A stretch of DNA of 64,000 nucleotides from an uncultured Pseudobdellovibrionaceae bacterium (GCA_963803705.1 CAWDNU010000004.1:832001-896000), one strand, 5' to 3'. Shown: positions 1-13,929, numbered from the stretch's first letter. Translations and numbers: made by a program. The notes: a model not told the origin generated them from the letters alone.

Positions 1-2649
<2,649 letters not shown>

Positions 2650-2802
2650 ATGTTTTTAGTTAAACTGCTAAGAATTATCTCAACAAACTCATATCTCAAT
2701 ACCAAGCGAAACAACCGAATGTAGTCTAGTTCAAAAACTAAACTACAAATTGTTTCAATTTAATATTTTAATTATTTTTTTTCTCTTTAATTTGAGCAAT
2801 TA

Positions 2803-2820
2803 TTCAATTTTCAAAGAACT
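2803..2820 (-). promoter_or_regulatory. spacer boxA antitermination-like sequence
   Basis: Minus strand AGTTCTTTGAAAATTGAA upstream of 23S, matching the leader copy GTTCTTTGAAAACTGAA near 4651-4667. Confidence 0.6.
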
Positions 2821-2856
2821 AATTTTTTAATACGAAATGTCACAAACTCAGTAAGT

Positions 2857-2933
<77 letters not shown>

Positions 2934-3048
2934 TTCGCATTAAAAGAGCTACTTACGCTCTTTCAAAGCTGAATAGCTTAATTTTTGTGCACTGACCTAG
3001 AATGTCCATTAAATCTAGTAAAAGATTTAGCTGAATATTTCATCCTTA

Positions 3049-4559
<1,511 letters not shown>

Positions 4560-4631
4560 TTATTTGAAAAATTTGTTCTAATTCAAATCATTAAAATTAT
4601 TATAAAAATTTAATCCAAAATAAATTGGATT

Positions 4632-4668
4632 GGCACAAAAATTTTCGCTATTCAGTTTTCAAAGAACG
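4632..4668 (-). promoter_or_regulatory. rrn leader boxA and 5' arm of 16S processing stem
   Basis: Leader TTCTTTGAAAACTGAATAGCGAAAATTTTTGTGC is complementary to spacer GCACAAAAATTAAGCTATTCAGCTTTGAAA (about 2960-2991), the usual RNase III stem bracketing 16S. Confidence 0.7.
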
Positions 4669-4718
4669 CAGTTTGTATCGTTATGTTTTAATTTACTTAT
4701 ACGTTGCTGAGAAGAATG

Positions 4719-4748
4719 GTTGTAGGTCTGAAAGGAATGTATGGTCAA
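4719..4748 (-). promoter_or_regulatory. probable sigma70 rRNA promoter
   Basis: TTGACC-N18-TACAAC on minus strand with an A-tract UP-like element immediately upstream, about 160 nt before 16S. Confidence 0.5.
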
Positions 4749-5175
4749 CCCCCCAATAATCTTTTTTTTGGTTTTTTATAAATTAAATTTTTGAAGGTAT
4801 TAGCGAACTGATTTTACGCTCTTTAACTGAGCAAAAAAGTCTCTAAAGTTTACTATTGAATCGAACTTTACTGAAAGTAATGTTTCTAATAGCCACCTTT
4901 GCGCGCCCCCCCTACGAGCCCTAAATAAGCTCAGTGTAAATCTTTGGTCACGAACCGTACATTACATTTGAGGTCAAAATGGTATCTAAGTCTAACAGTC
5001 CACAAACTCAGATAAATTTGATTAAGACTTCTGCAAAAAATAGTTAAACTACTGTCATTCGAAAGGAGACCACCACAGTAGTGCTGTAGACTGGACTTGA
5101 ATTTTGAGCTCACGTTTAAGCATCATTAAGTATTAGGTCATAGGCAATGGGAATTAGATTGGGAGTTGGGATTTA

Positions 5176-5217
5176 AGTATTGAGTATTGAGTATTGAGTA
5201 TTGAGTATTGAGTATTT
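5176..5217. repeat. heptamer tandem repeat (AGTATTG)x5 plus a partial copy
   Basis: Read directly: agtattg x5 then agtattt. Confidence 0.9.
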
Positions 5218-5312
5218 TCCACCTTATTCTTTATCATGGGTGTAACTAAAGCAAAGTGGGGCGACATCGACGTGGCTTATATTTTATTTCATTTAGTTTT
5301 TAGCGATCATAT

Positions 5313-5495
5313 TAGGGCCTGTGGAAGATTCATCTAGGTTTTAAATGCTTTAGATTCAATTGAAGTTGTTTTAAGCGCAGACTGAGGTTTTTGAAGTGTA
5401 GCTATAGCTACATCGAAGAAAGCGAAGGCGAGTACAAAACAAATTCTTTTAAAGATGAAGTAGTAAAAACCTAGCTGAATCTTCCACAGGCCCTA
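5313..5495. mobile_element. MITE-like palindromic element (about 180 bp, TA-flanked)
   Basis: 30-bp terminal inverted repeats TAGGGCCTGTGGAAGATTCA(T/G)CTAGGTTTT with 1 mismatch; central perfect 16-bp palindrome TGTAGCTATAGCTACA (5397-5412) at the exact midpoint; no ORF. Confidence 0.75.
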
Positions 5496-5743
5496 GTTTT
5501 AAATAAATAAATAAATTAAATAAATTAGCTATGACAGCACCGAATTTTGGTCAGTTGTGGTGGACTGTACAGTACCCATTGAATTATCGTGGCTTTTCAC
5601 TGTGCTTTCCCGAATTGGATATCTAGCATAATACTTGATTGGTGTTTAAATTTTTGCACACACTTTCACAGGCGCTTAGTTAATTGTCTTTAAATTTATC
5701 TTAGAGTGCATTTTCCAAATAGATTGTGTTCAAGGGAGCTTTC

Positions 5744-6199
5744 ATGAAAAGTAATAGTAGAGATACTGATGGTGTAAAGAAGCAAGGTAAGTTTGCAGAT
5801 AGCATGGGTGAAAGCGACATAGGTGCAAAAGATAAGTCGGCAAAGTCACAAGCACCTGCCCATGACAGTAGTGATGATTTCAAGCACCACAATTTAGATA
5901 CAGAAAAAGATCGCTCGTTGGAAATTCTTGAGAATTCGGCACATGTTCATCAAGAAAAAATTCAAGCTTTTGCTAAACTCGCACAAGTTATTAAAGCTTC
6001 TAGCAGAGATGGGATAGACAAAGTTCCTACCTCAGCACAACTAACTAGACAAATTACCTCACTTGTGAATAAGCCTGAGGATCTTATGTTTGTACTTGGT
6101 GGCCTATTAAACCAGATCCAATTTATAAAATCTCGAGGATTAGTGGAAAGAGGTTTGAATGGCTTGTTTAATAGAAAGACCAAACTGGGTTTGGAATAG
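5744..6199 (+). CDS. hypothetical protein
   Basis: ORF with SD AAGGGAG before ATG at 5744; acidic/disordered N-half and helical C-half; no recognisable motif. Confidence 0.6.
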   Translation: MKSNSRDTDGVKKQGKFADSMGESDIGAKDKSAKSQAPAHDSSDDFKHHNLDTEKDRSLEILENSAHVHQEKIQAFAKLAQVIKASSRDGIDKVPTSAQLTRQITSLVNKPEDLMFVLGGLLNQIQFIKSRGLVERGLNGLFNRKTKLGLE

Positions 6200-6459
6200 C
6201 GTTTAGATTTAGGTTTAGTTTCAGGTGCGGCCCTGCCCACATGGATGAGACGGAAAAAAACTACATATTATCTGATCACCTACTTACTACAGATTATTAA
6301 ACTGTTACAATTGTAGATTGGTTAAACCGAACCAAATTTTTTGATCAATAAGTTGAACGTTTAGAATTTGAATATCACTTCAGTTTATAAGTATATAAAG
6401 ATTAAGCAATTCCACTCGGAATCAATAGATCGTAATTGGGTGCAAAGTGCAATTAATTT

Positions 6460-6535
<76 letters not shown>

Positions 6536-6589
6536 GAAAAGTCGAAGTTTAGTTTTCATTTAAAATCGAGAGAAGGTCAAGGCTTTGGT

Positions 6590-7066
6590 TTAAGCAGTTG
6601 CAATAAAAATGTTTAGTTGCGAAAGCCACTGGCGCTCCCGTGATAGATCGAAACCAACGGCTTCTCCACCGTCTAATATTGAGAGGTAAACTTTTCTTAA
6701 TATGTCGAATTCAGTTTGATCAAAATCGTCAGGGTCAGCAATGACATCTATAATGCTTAACAGATCTGGAGTTGTTACTACTTTGGGCAATCTAGCCTCA
6801 TCTAAGCCATAACCTTCAGATGGTTTAAAGCCAATTAGATGTTTGGTTAACAGAACTTTATGACCACCTAAAAAATTTACCTGTAAAAATGGGTTACCTT
6901 CCGAGTCATCCCTTTGCAGCACAGCTTCAATTGCCTGAGGTTTAATTTTTAAAGACTTTCCGTCTGCAGATTGTACTAAACACTGACTGGTTTCTTTCCC
7001 AATCAATTTAAGACCAGAATCCGCAGCTTCAAGAAACTTTCTTATCTCATCAAATCCTGGCATCAA
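6590..7066 (-). CDS. conserved hypothetical protein
   Basis: 158-aa globular-looking ORF with SD AGAGG; motifs FLQVNF, LPKVVTTPDL, GGEAVGFDL look conserved but function is not recognised. Confidence 0.75.
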   Translation of the reverse strand: MMPGFDEIRKFLEAADSGLKLIGKETSQCLVQSADGKSLKIKPQAIEAVLQRDDSEGNPFLQVNFLGGHKVLLTKHLIGFKPSEGYGLDEARLPKVVTTPDLLSIIDVIADPDDFDQTEFDILRKVYLSILDGGEAVGFDLSRERQWLSQLNIFIATA

Positions 7067-7311
7067 TAAACCTCTTTTTTTAATCCTAGTTCATTATCTT
7101 CTATTAAACTTGTCGCCAGGTCGGCAAATTAGGTAAAGCTTTCGAACAAATTTAGGTTCAATGTCCTGTGACAAAATTAGACAAACCTGCTTTCAAGTTG
7201 TCTCAAAAAGAAATTTGTTGCAAAAGTGGTGTGGTGGCCAGTGACATCAAGGCCCCTTTCACCTAAATTAAATTTTTGCAGAAGAAATCGTTATAAAAAG
7301 GAATTCTAAAC

Positions 7312-7623
7312 TTGATCGTCAATCGCTGGCAGGCTCCCATCGTACCCACAAAAGAGCAAATTATTAGTATATTTAGAAACGAGGACTTAAAGCCTGAGGA
7401 AGAGATTTTTTTTCCTGATAAACCTATTTCGGATCATAAACATCCCTTTGATGAGGTCCGGATGATCGTGAGTGGCGAAATGATTATGAACGTTTCAGGT
7501 AATAAGATACTTTTAAGATCTGGGGACAAAATACTGATCCCTTCGAACACTAAGCATTCTAAGGAAGTACGTGGAGACGAGCCCTGCGTTTCTATTTATG
7601 CCCGTAAAGTTTTTCAAAGTTAA
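7312..7623 (+). CDS. cupin domain protein
   Basis: Cupin motifs HKHPFDEVRMIVSG and GDKILIPSNTKHS. Confidence 0.85.
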   Translation: MIVNRWQAPIVPTKEQIISIFRNEDLKPEEEIFFPDKPISDHKHPFDEVRMIVSGEMIMNVSGNKILLRSGDKILIPSNTKHSKEVRGDEPCVSIYARKVFQS

Positions 7624-7664
7624 AATAGAAAGTACAGATACTGTCTGAGCCCAACATAATTAAG

Positions 7665-7728
7665 GAATGCCTGAGATGAATGGTGTAGACTTTCTAGAAA
7701 CGACTTTAGAACTGAATCCTAAATCAAT
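7665..7728 (+). repeat. 64-bp diverged copy of an internal segment of the REC-kinase gene (10355-10418)
   Basis: 58/64 identical to 10355-10418; encodes MPEMNGVDFLETTLELNPKSI versus MPEMNGVDFLEKTLELNPKSI. Confidence 0.85.
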
Positions 7729-8113
7729 AGGTGCTTCAACAGTTATAATGAAAGCTGTTTCGATATTATTGAGCCAGACGCAAATGAGTGTGTGTAAGCA
7801 TCACTGAGTCTGATGTAGATGAGAGCACTTCAGCTTGAGCGGGTCCGCTGCAGTTTTGAGCTGTGAGCTCGACTAAACCTGCAGCGGCATAGGGTACTCG
7901 AAGTTGACTGTGCCCGAGACAATGTTTGACGGACTGCCAAAAACTTTGGTGACGAGGTTTTTGCGCTGAAGCTCAGGGAATCTGAATACTCCGCATCTAG
8001 CCATTAAGTTAAAATTCTGAACTCAATCACTGAAGCCCAATTCATTTTAATTCACAAGAAGCCTTCACTTCTTGAGGTATTTTGTTTTGTTGTTTTTGTC
8101 GTTGGGATTTTTT

Positions 8114-10054
8114 TTACATTCCGATCGAGGGAACAGCTAGTGTCGAGCTAGGGCCTTGATTTGATCCTGACCCAGAGCCTTGGTAGCCGCGGCCAGAGCG
8201 ACTATAATTAGGAAGTCTTTGACCTGGTCCATCATACCGATTTGGCCTGGGCGGGAACCTAGTGCCGGGAGCTCCACTATTGTAGTAATCATAATTGTCT
8301 ATACCGTAATGAGGCGAATTGTTCCAGTTGCTGCCAGAATTAGGAAAGGGCCCGCGGCCTGAATGGACACCGGCATTTCCGTTTACGCCAGCCCACCCAG
8401 AAATATCTAAGCCGACTCTTAGGTTACCGATCCCACTACCACCTGCACCTGTTTGGGAACGCCCATAAGCGTCGATATAACCACCTCCGCCAATTCTTGC
8501 GGCAATATTTGATGCCTGAGCGCGCGCGTTTGCTAAATCCTGATTCGTACGCGCATTCTGTTCTTCAAATCGCCGAATACTAGCTTCAAGTGATGCTAAG
8601 GCGTTTAGGCTTTCAGCATCCTGTTGATTTCGTCTTCGCAAGCGCTCAGCATTTTCTTCAGCAATACGGAGAGCTTCCCGTCTAGCTTCGATACTTCCGC
8701 TTAAGTTACCGCTGGTCCATGGACCTGCATTCGGGTTGTTGTCAAAAGCTCCGCCGGATAGGCTGCCATTGACCGAACCACTAATCATACCTCCGGGGTA
8801 GCCCATAGCTCCGCCCACCGGAGTGTGCTGGTTGCCACCAAAAATTTTACCTAGAATTCCTTGGATGCCAGAAGTCACCACCTGGCCTTGTCCACTTGCA
8901 CCTGCGCCCGATGGGCACCCAAATGCACCGGCTGATTGAAGCGAGTTTACCATTAACGGTACTCCTGCTTGGGCTACATATGTGGCCATAACAACCGGCC
9001 CTCTATCGTCGGACGGGTAACCAGCTTCCCAATTGCCTTTTCTAGTTTTTTTAACTTGATTGTAAGCAAGCGCGCCACCCAAACCTAAAAGGCCTGCTGT
9101 TAAAAGACTTGGTCCCCAGCGGTTAAAGTCAAACCCAGCTTTTTTAGCCGTCTTCCCAGCATCGTCACAAAATAGACAGTAATCAGCTGCTGTAGACGTT
9201 GGATCAGCCTCTAGAATACAACGTCGATAGGCCTCTGCACTAGGACCACTGGATGGTGCATTATCAACATGAGCTTCAACGCACACAGCTTTGGCTAGTG
9301 CACTTCTTTGATCTCTTTCAAGCTCAGCCACTTCTTGCTGCAAATTGTAGTATTCCTTGTATTTGGCTGGGTAAACGCCTTGAGGAAATGCCCCGCTAGG
9401 TTTCAAACAGGTTTTGCACAGTTGTTTGACCCTACCGCTTGATTCATCAGTTGAAAAACAAATTTGGTTATTAACAACACCGCCATTCAGAGCATAATCA
9501 TAGCAAGAACTTCTTGGAGCTTCAGTATAATCATTATTGTCTTCGACAACAGGTTCGTAAACCCCGGCAATCATTCTGTCCATATTTACATCAATTGACA
9601 TGCCTTCTGAAACGACCTGGTAAGTCTCGAGATAATTTAAATTTTTAGAAAAATAAGTTAAAGCTCCTCGCATGTGATCTTCATAGTAATCTACGCCCTC
9701 TTCAGCCCTACCTTCGTTGCCACCACCGCAAGCCTTTCTAATAATGCCATTTACAGCTCGCCTACATTTAGAAAATAAACGATCTTTTTCGATTTCGCCG
9801 GCTCTACGCTTAGCCACAGCTAACTTTGCATTGATTGTATCTGCTTGCTGTTTGATACGTTCGCTTCGACTTAAAACTTGGTTGGGTAAGGTTTTTTGTG
9901 GGTAAGGGCATGGGGCATTAGCATAGTACTCCCCGGTTCCATAATGACTAGTTGGTGTAGGTGCAGCAGTTTCCCCATACAGTGGTCCCGGCTCATCAGC
10001 GTAAGTCATAGGACTTAAAAGCGCTACCATCATCAAAGTTTTAAAATAAATCAT
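8114..10054 (-). CDS. secreted/membrane hypothetical protein (Cys-rich N-half, coiled coils, hydrophobic hairpin, Gly-rich tail)
   Basis: 646-aa ORF; signal peptide ending TYA-D; 12 Cys including CKTC and CLFC; hydrophobic SLLTAGLLGLGGALAY and VVMATYVAQAGVPLMV; coiled-coil stretch EARREALRIAEENAERL; G/S/N-rich C-terminus. Confidence 0.8.
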   Translation of the reverse strand: MIYFKTLMMVALLSPMTYADEPGPLYGETAAPTPTSHYGTGEYYANAPCPYPQKTLPNQVLSRSERIKQQADTINAKLAVAKRRAGEIEKDRLFSKCRRAVNGIIRKACGGGNEGRAEEGVDYYEDHMRGALTYFSKNLNYLETYQVVSEGMSIDVNMDRMIAGVYEPVVEDNNDYTEAPRSSCYDYALNGGVVNNQICFSTDESSGRVKQLCKTCLKPSGAFPQGVYPAKYKEYYNLQQEVAELERDQRSALAKAVCVEAHVDNAPSSGPSAEAYRRCILEADPTSTAADYCLFCDDAGKTAKKAGFDFNRWGPSLLTAGLLGLGGALAYNQVKKTRKGNWEAGYPSDDRGPVVMATYVAQAGVPLMVNSLQSAGAFGCPSGAGASGQGQVVTSGIQGILGKIFGGNQHTPVGGAMGYPGGMISGSVNGSLSGGAFDNNPNAGPWTSGNLSGSIEARREALRIAEENAERLRRRNQQDAESLNALASLEASIRRFEEQNARTNQDLANARAQASNIAARIGGGGYIDAYGRSQTGAGGSGIGNLRVGLDISGWAGVNGNAGVHSGRGPFPNSGSNWNNSPHYGIDNYDYYNSGAPGTRFPPRPNRYDGPGQRLPNYSRSGRGYQGSGSGSNQGPSSTLAVPSIGM

Positions 10055-10092
10055 ACCTTTACCACCAGCTCTATATTACCTTTCTCATATTA

Positions 10093-10120
10093 AATTCGTC
10101 ACAAAATGGGATGAACTTAA
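10093..10120 (-). promoter_or_regulatory. possible sigma28 (FliA) promoter
   Basis: TAAG-N15-GACGAATT, resembling TAAA-N15-GCCGATAA, about 40 nt upstream of the 646-aa gene. Confidence 0.35.
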
Positions 10121-10188
10121 GCCTTTAAGCCTATAATTAGGACCTTTGTGCAGCAAAATTAAAGCTTAAGCTCACCGAAAGGTAAATT

Positions 10189-11313
10189 ATGAAAAAACCA
10201 AAACTTCTATGCGTAGATGACGACCAAGATAATTTAGATGCCGTAGAAGCCATTTTAAAGCAGGATTTTGCCGTTACATCCTTCAGGTCTGCACTGGCAG
10301 CTTTGAAGCACTTGGAAACAGACTCTAGCTTTACCATTATTTTAAGTGACCAAAGAATGCCTGAAATGAATGGTGTGGACTTCTTAGAGAAGACTTTAGA
10401 ACTGAATCCTAAATCAATTCGAATTTTGTTCACAGGACATTCCAACTTTGAATCTGCTGTAGAAGCAATTAACCGTGCTCAGATTTACAGATATTTAACC
10501 AAACCATGGGCCCCTACAGATCTTATCTTGACCCTAAAAGAGGCACAGCAAAAATATAAAATTACAAATGAGCTAAGGATAAAAAATGAACAACTAGAAA
10601 AAGCCATCGAAGACTTAAAAGCCATGGATAAAATCAAAACAAATTTTATGATCTTAATCAATCACGAGCTTAAAACACCTTTAACTGCTATCGCAAGCTA
10701 CTTGGGACTACTTCAAGAAGAAATAGTTGATGGACCTGCTTTAAAATATGTTGGACGCATCGAAGAAGGCTGTGAACGGCTAAAGTTTTTAACAGATGAA
10801 GTGGTCTACTTGCTTAATAGCGACAACGAAGCTTTGGAAAAAATGACACATGAACTTTCAAATACAAATATTATCGAGATTTTAAGACCCTATAAGAACC
10901 ACGCAGATTACAAGTTACTACTAAATACAGAAGAGCATAACATCCCAGTTTCAGAAAAAATTTTGAAAAACGTTATAGATCGTTTAGCACAGAATGCTCA
11001 AAAATTTAAAACCAGAGGAATAGTTGAAATAACAGTAAATGATGTTGAAGATGATATTGTTTTCGAAATTTCAAATTACAGCGACGAATTTAACGACGAC
11101 GAGCTAAACAGAGTTGTAGAACCCTTTGAGCTTAAAAGAGATGTTATGAATCACTCAAAAGGCCTGGGATTGGGACTACCAATTGCCCAAGTCCTGCTTA
11201 AAAAAATTGGGTCTGAACTTATTTTAAGCTACAAGAATGGAAAATTTAGCGTCCGATTTATAGTTCATAAACGGCCGCTCAATATAGAGGCGTCCAAACT
11301 AAACTTCGTTTGA
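10189..11313 (+). CDS. hybrid response regulator-histidine kinase (REC-HisKA-HATPase)
   Basis: REC motifs LLCVDDD, SDQRMPEMNG, YLTKPW; HisKA INHELKTPL; HATPase GLGLGL; no sensor or TM domain. Confidence 0.9.
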   Translation: MKKPKLLCVDDDQDNLDAVEAILKQDFAVTSFRSALAALKHLETDSSFTIILSDQRMPEMNGVDFLEKTLELNPKSIRILFTGHSNFESAVEAINRAQIYRYLTKPWAPTDLILTLKEAQQKYKITNELRIKNEQLEKAIEDLKAMDKIKTNFMILINHELKTPLTAIASYLGLLQEEIVDGPALKYVGRIEEGCERLKFLTDEVVYLLNSDNEALEKMTHELSNTNIIEILRPYKNHADYKLLLNTEEHNIPVSEKILKNVIDRLAQNAQKFKTRGIVEITVNDVEDDIVFEISNYSDEFNDDELNRVVEPFELKRDVMNHSKGLGLGLPIAQVLLKKIGSELILSYKNGKFSVRFIVHKRPLNIEASKLNFV

Positions 11314-11340
11314 TTAATGAGGAACTTTTGCAAATAGGTA

Positions 11341-12624
11341 ATGAATTTATTTTTTAGATGCTGTCTTTTGATGCTTTCTAGCACTATTTTAAACATCAGA
11401 TCAGCTCCTGCTACCACCCTAAATAACAGCGAACTTGCAATACTTTCAGGGCTCACAGTGCAGAAAAGCATAATAGTTCTACCATTAAATACGCCCACTG
11501 AAGTTAATATAAACCCGAATCAGCAAATGTATATTAAAGACCGGCTTCTAAAGGTTAGAACCAAAGCTGGCAAAACTTATTTGATTGGCAAAAGTGTAGG
11601 TTCGACCCTTCTAAAACTAAAGCTTCACGAATATAGTGTCAAAGTGATTGGTCCTCATGAATGGGAGACCTACTTATATTTCAAAAAACTTTTTAACAGC
11701 CACCCAAATTTTAACTTAGATTATTCACCAAGTGTCCCTTTAGTTAGGGGAGAAATATTAACCAAGGGCGACATGGACCTTTTACTAAAATGGCTAAGTC
11801 TGTTTAAGCCAAGAGTAAAATTTGATCTGACGTTTAATAGTCTTGAGCTAAAGAAATTTGGCTTAGCCAAACTTTCTGATAAGTTTAGCATTCCAGTATT
11901 AGGACTTTCAACTGGCATGGAACTGACTCTTCAGCGAAGCCCATCTGATAAAATAAAAAGTGAGATCGAATCTTTTGGTATGAGTGTTGGCCCAAAAAAT
12001 TCTGGCGGCTCAGAGTTAGGTTTTCTAAACATACAATTTATAAATATCAGTGATTCGAAACTTCAAGTGGCCTCTTCTATTCTACCAAACAGTTTCCAAT
12101 GGACCTTAGGAGAGAAAATAAATATCTTGTCGCAGATCATTAATTCTGAATACTCTGAATTAATAACCGCGAATAACACAACGTCAAAAATTGACTTGAT
12201 GCTATTTGAAAATGAAAAGAGCGAATACCATTCTGGTGGAGAGTTCGCCATAAACCAACAAAGCATTTATAGAAATGACGTACAATGGAAGTCCTACGGT
12301 CTATTTATAGAAGCATACCCATCTACAGAAGCAAACCTTGATGTTAGTGTTTCTTTGAAAATCAAATTCAGCTATTTGATCTCGTCTGACTTAAATCAAC
12401 CTTCTTTAAGTCAAGAAAGCTGGGTCCAAAAGCTAAAGCTTGAGCCGAATAAAACTTTGATCATCAGTAATAATCTGACCCAAATGTCTTCCAAAAATAA
12501 AACCAACAATTTATTTTTAAATTCTATTCCTTTAATTGGTGCTCTTTTCAAGAGCAAAAAAAGTAGCCAAGAGAAATCAAATGTTTATATGCTAATTACG
12601 CTAAATCCAAGGCAGGAAAGGTAA
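11341..12624 (+). CDS. RcpA/CpaC-like (Tad-type) secretin, divergent
   Basis: Signal peptide; N-terminal YLIGKSVGSTLL typical of RcpA N-domain; secretin C-terminal motifs SGGEF, VQWKSYGL, FLNSIPLIGALFKS; adjacent to CpaF ATPase. Confidence 0.7.
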   Translation: MNLFFRCCLLMLSSTILNIRSAPATTLNNSELAILSGLTVQKSIIVLPLNTPTEVNINPNQQMYIKDRLLKVRTKAGKTYLIGKSVGSTLLKLKLHEYSVKVIGPHEWETYLYFKKLFNSHPNFNLDYSPSVPLVRGEILTKGDMDLLLKWLSLFKPRVKFDLTFNSLELKKFGLAKLSDKFSIPVLGLSTGMELTLQRSPSDKIKSEIESFGMSVGPKNSGGSELGFLNIQFINISDSKLQVASSILPNSFQWTLGEKINILSQIINSEYSELITANNTTSKIDLMLFENEKSEYHSGGEFAINQQSIYRNDVQWKSYGLFIEAYPSTEANLDVSVSLKIKFSYLISSDLNQPSLSQESWVQKLKLEPNKTLIISNNLTQMSSKNKTNNLFLNSIPLIGALFKSKKSSQEKSNVYMLITLNPRQER

Positions 12625-12626
12625 GC

Positions 12627-13796
12627 ATGAATGAGTTCCAAATTGGTACCGAGGAAAGCTGCGTGGATTTTAAAAGCAGCGTTATGCACTATAGAGAAAT
12701 TATGAAGACAATAGTTGAGCAAAAAAATCACTGGACTCAATTTAACGAATCCAGAAACCATGCTGTTGATCCAGAAAAGGAACTTGTAAAAGGTTATTTA
12801 GATAAGCTTACCCCCACACTACAAAAAAGACTTGAGCAAGAAATTTACGGTTTAGGACCATTAGAAGAATTAATTCAAGATCAGGAAGTTGATGAAATTT
12901 TGATCAACGGGCTATCAAAAATTTGTTTTGAGCGAAGTGGGTTGCTTAAAATTTACGATGATTCGTTTTACGATCAATCTTCTTTTGCAAGAATCTTTGA
13001 GACTATTTCAGATGGATTTTTTAAATCTATCAGTTATGAAAATCCAACAGCAAACGGCTTTTGGAACAACTTTAGGATACATGTTATTGCTCCACCACTA
13101 ACAAAATATAAACAGATATCAATGAGAAGAATCGGAGGGCAAAAATTTAAAAGTCTAAGTGAACTTAGTAATAAAAAATTTGTAAATAAAAATGGCTTAG
13201 AGCTCTTACTTGAAGCTTTAGATAAAAAGCTGAATCTTTTGATCTGTGGGGCAACAAGTTCAGGAAAAACAACATTTATACAGTGTCTAATGAATGAGTG
13301 CCCTGACGATAGATTTGTAATTCTGGAGGATTCTGAAGAATTAATACCGCCCAACGTTTTGAGTTCGGCCCTGATTTGTCCCACAAGACAAGAGCAGTAC
13401 AGCACAGTGTTTAGCATGAAAGACCTTGTCAAAGAGTCGTTAAGAATGAGGCCGGACAGAATCGTTCTAGGTGAAGCCAGATCTGATGAGGCTAAAGACT
13501 ATATTCAAGCCTTAAGCACCGGTCACAGGGGATGTTTTTCTTCTATTCATGCAGCCAGTCCAAGAGATGCACTGATTCGGCTTGAATGCCTGATTGCGCA
13601 AGGTGCCCAAAACTGGACAATTGAAACCATACAAAGACTTATTTTTTCTAGTATAGATTTGGTTATCCATATAGAAAAAAGTAGCGGGGGGATGCGCGAA
13701 TTAAAAAGTATCTCCAAAATTACTTCTTTAGAAAAAAATGGATTTCTGCTTCACGAAATTTATGAGCCTATGGCGTGCGAGAGCGTAAAAGCTTGA
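12627..13796 (+). CDS. cpaF: CpaF/TadA family pilus assembly ATPase
   Basis: GLGPLEELI, DEILING, Walker A GATSSGKT, ILEDSEEL, LRMRPDRIVLGEAR, STGHRG. Confidence 0.88.
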   Translation: MNEFQIGTEESCVDFKSSVMHYREIMKTIVEQKNHWTQFNESRNHAVDPEKELVKGYLDKLTPTLQKRLEQEIYGLGPLEELIQDQEVDEILINGLSKICFERSGLLKIYDDSFYDQSSFARIFETISDGFFKSISYENPTANGFWNNFRIHVIAPPLTKYKQISMRRIGGQKFKSLSELSNKKFVNKNGLELLLEALDKKLNLLICGATSSGKTTFIQCLMNECPDDRFVILEDSEELIPPNVLSSALICPTRQEQYSTVFSMKDLVKESLRMRPDRIVLGEARSDEAKDYIQALSTGHRGCFSSIHAASPRDALIRLECLIAQGAQNWTIETIQRLIFSSIDLVIHIEKSSGGMRELKSISKITSLEKNGFLLHEIYEPMACESVKA

Positions 13797-13929
13797 CGAT
13801 CTAAAATGACTTCTAACCTTGCAAGACTAAAATTTTCTAGGTTCTATTGTAACAGATATGACAAGAAATAATCTGCAATTTTTTTCTGCAATTTTTTAAA
13901 GTCTCAAAATTGAAATTTTAAATCTTAAT

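Noticed and set aside
5176..5217. Possible CRISPR array
   Set aside because: 7-bp contiguous units with no spacers and no cas genes in the window.
7729..8010. Possible decayed gene on the minus strand downstream of the 646-aa gene
   Set aside because: Only short open stretches (about 40-55 codons) with no recognisable similarity; cannot be supported without a search.
7665..10418. Possible DGR template/variable repeat pair
   Set aside because: Mismatches are not adenine-specific in either copy, are mostly synonymous, and no reverse transcriptase is present.
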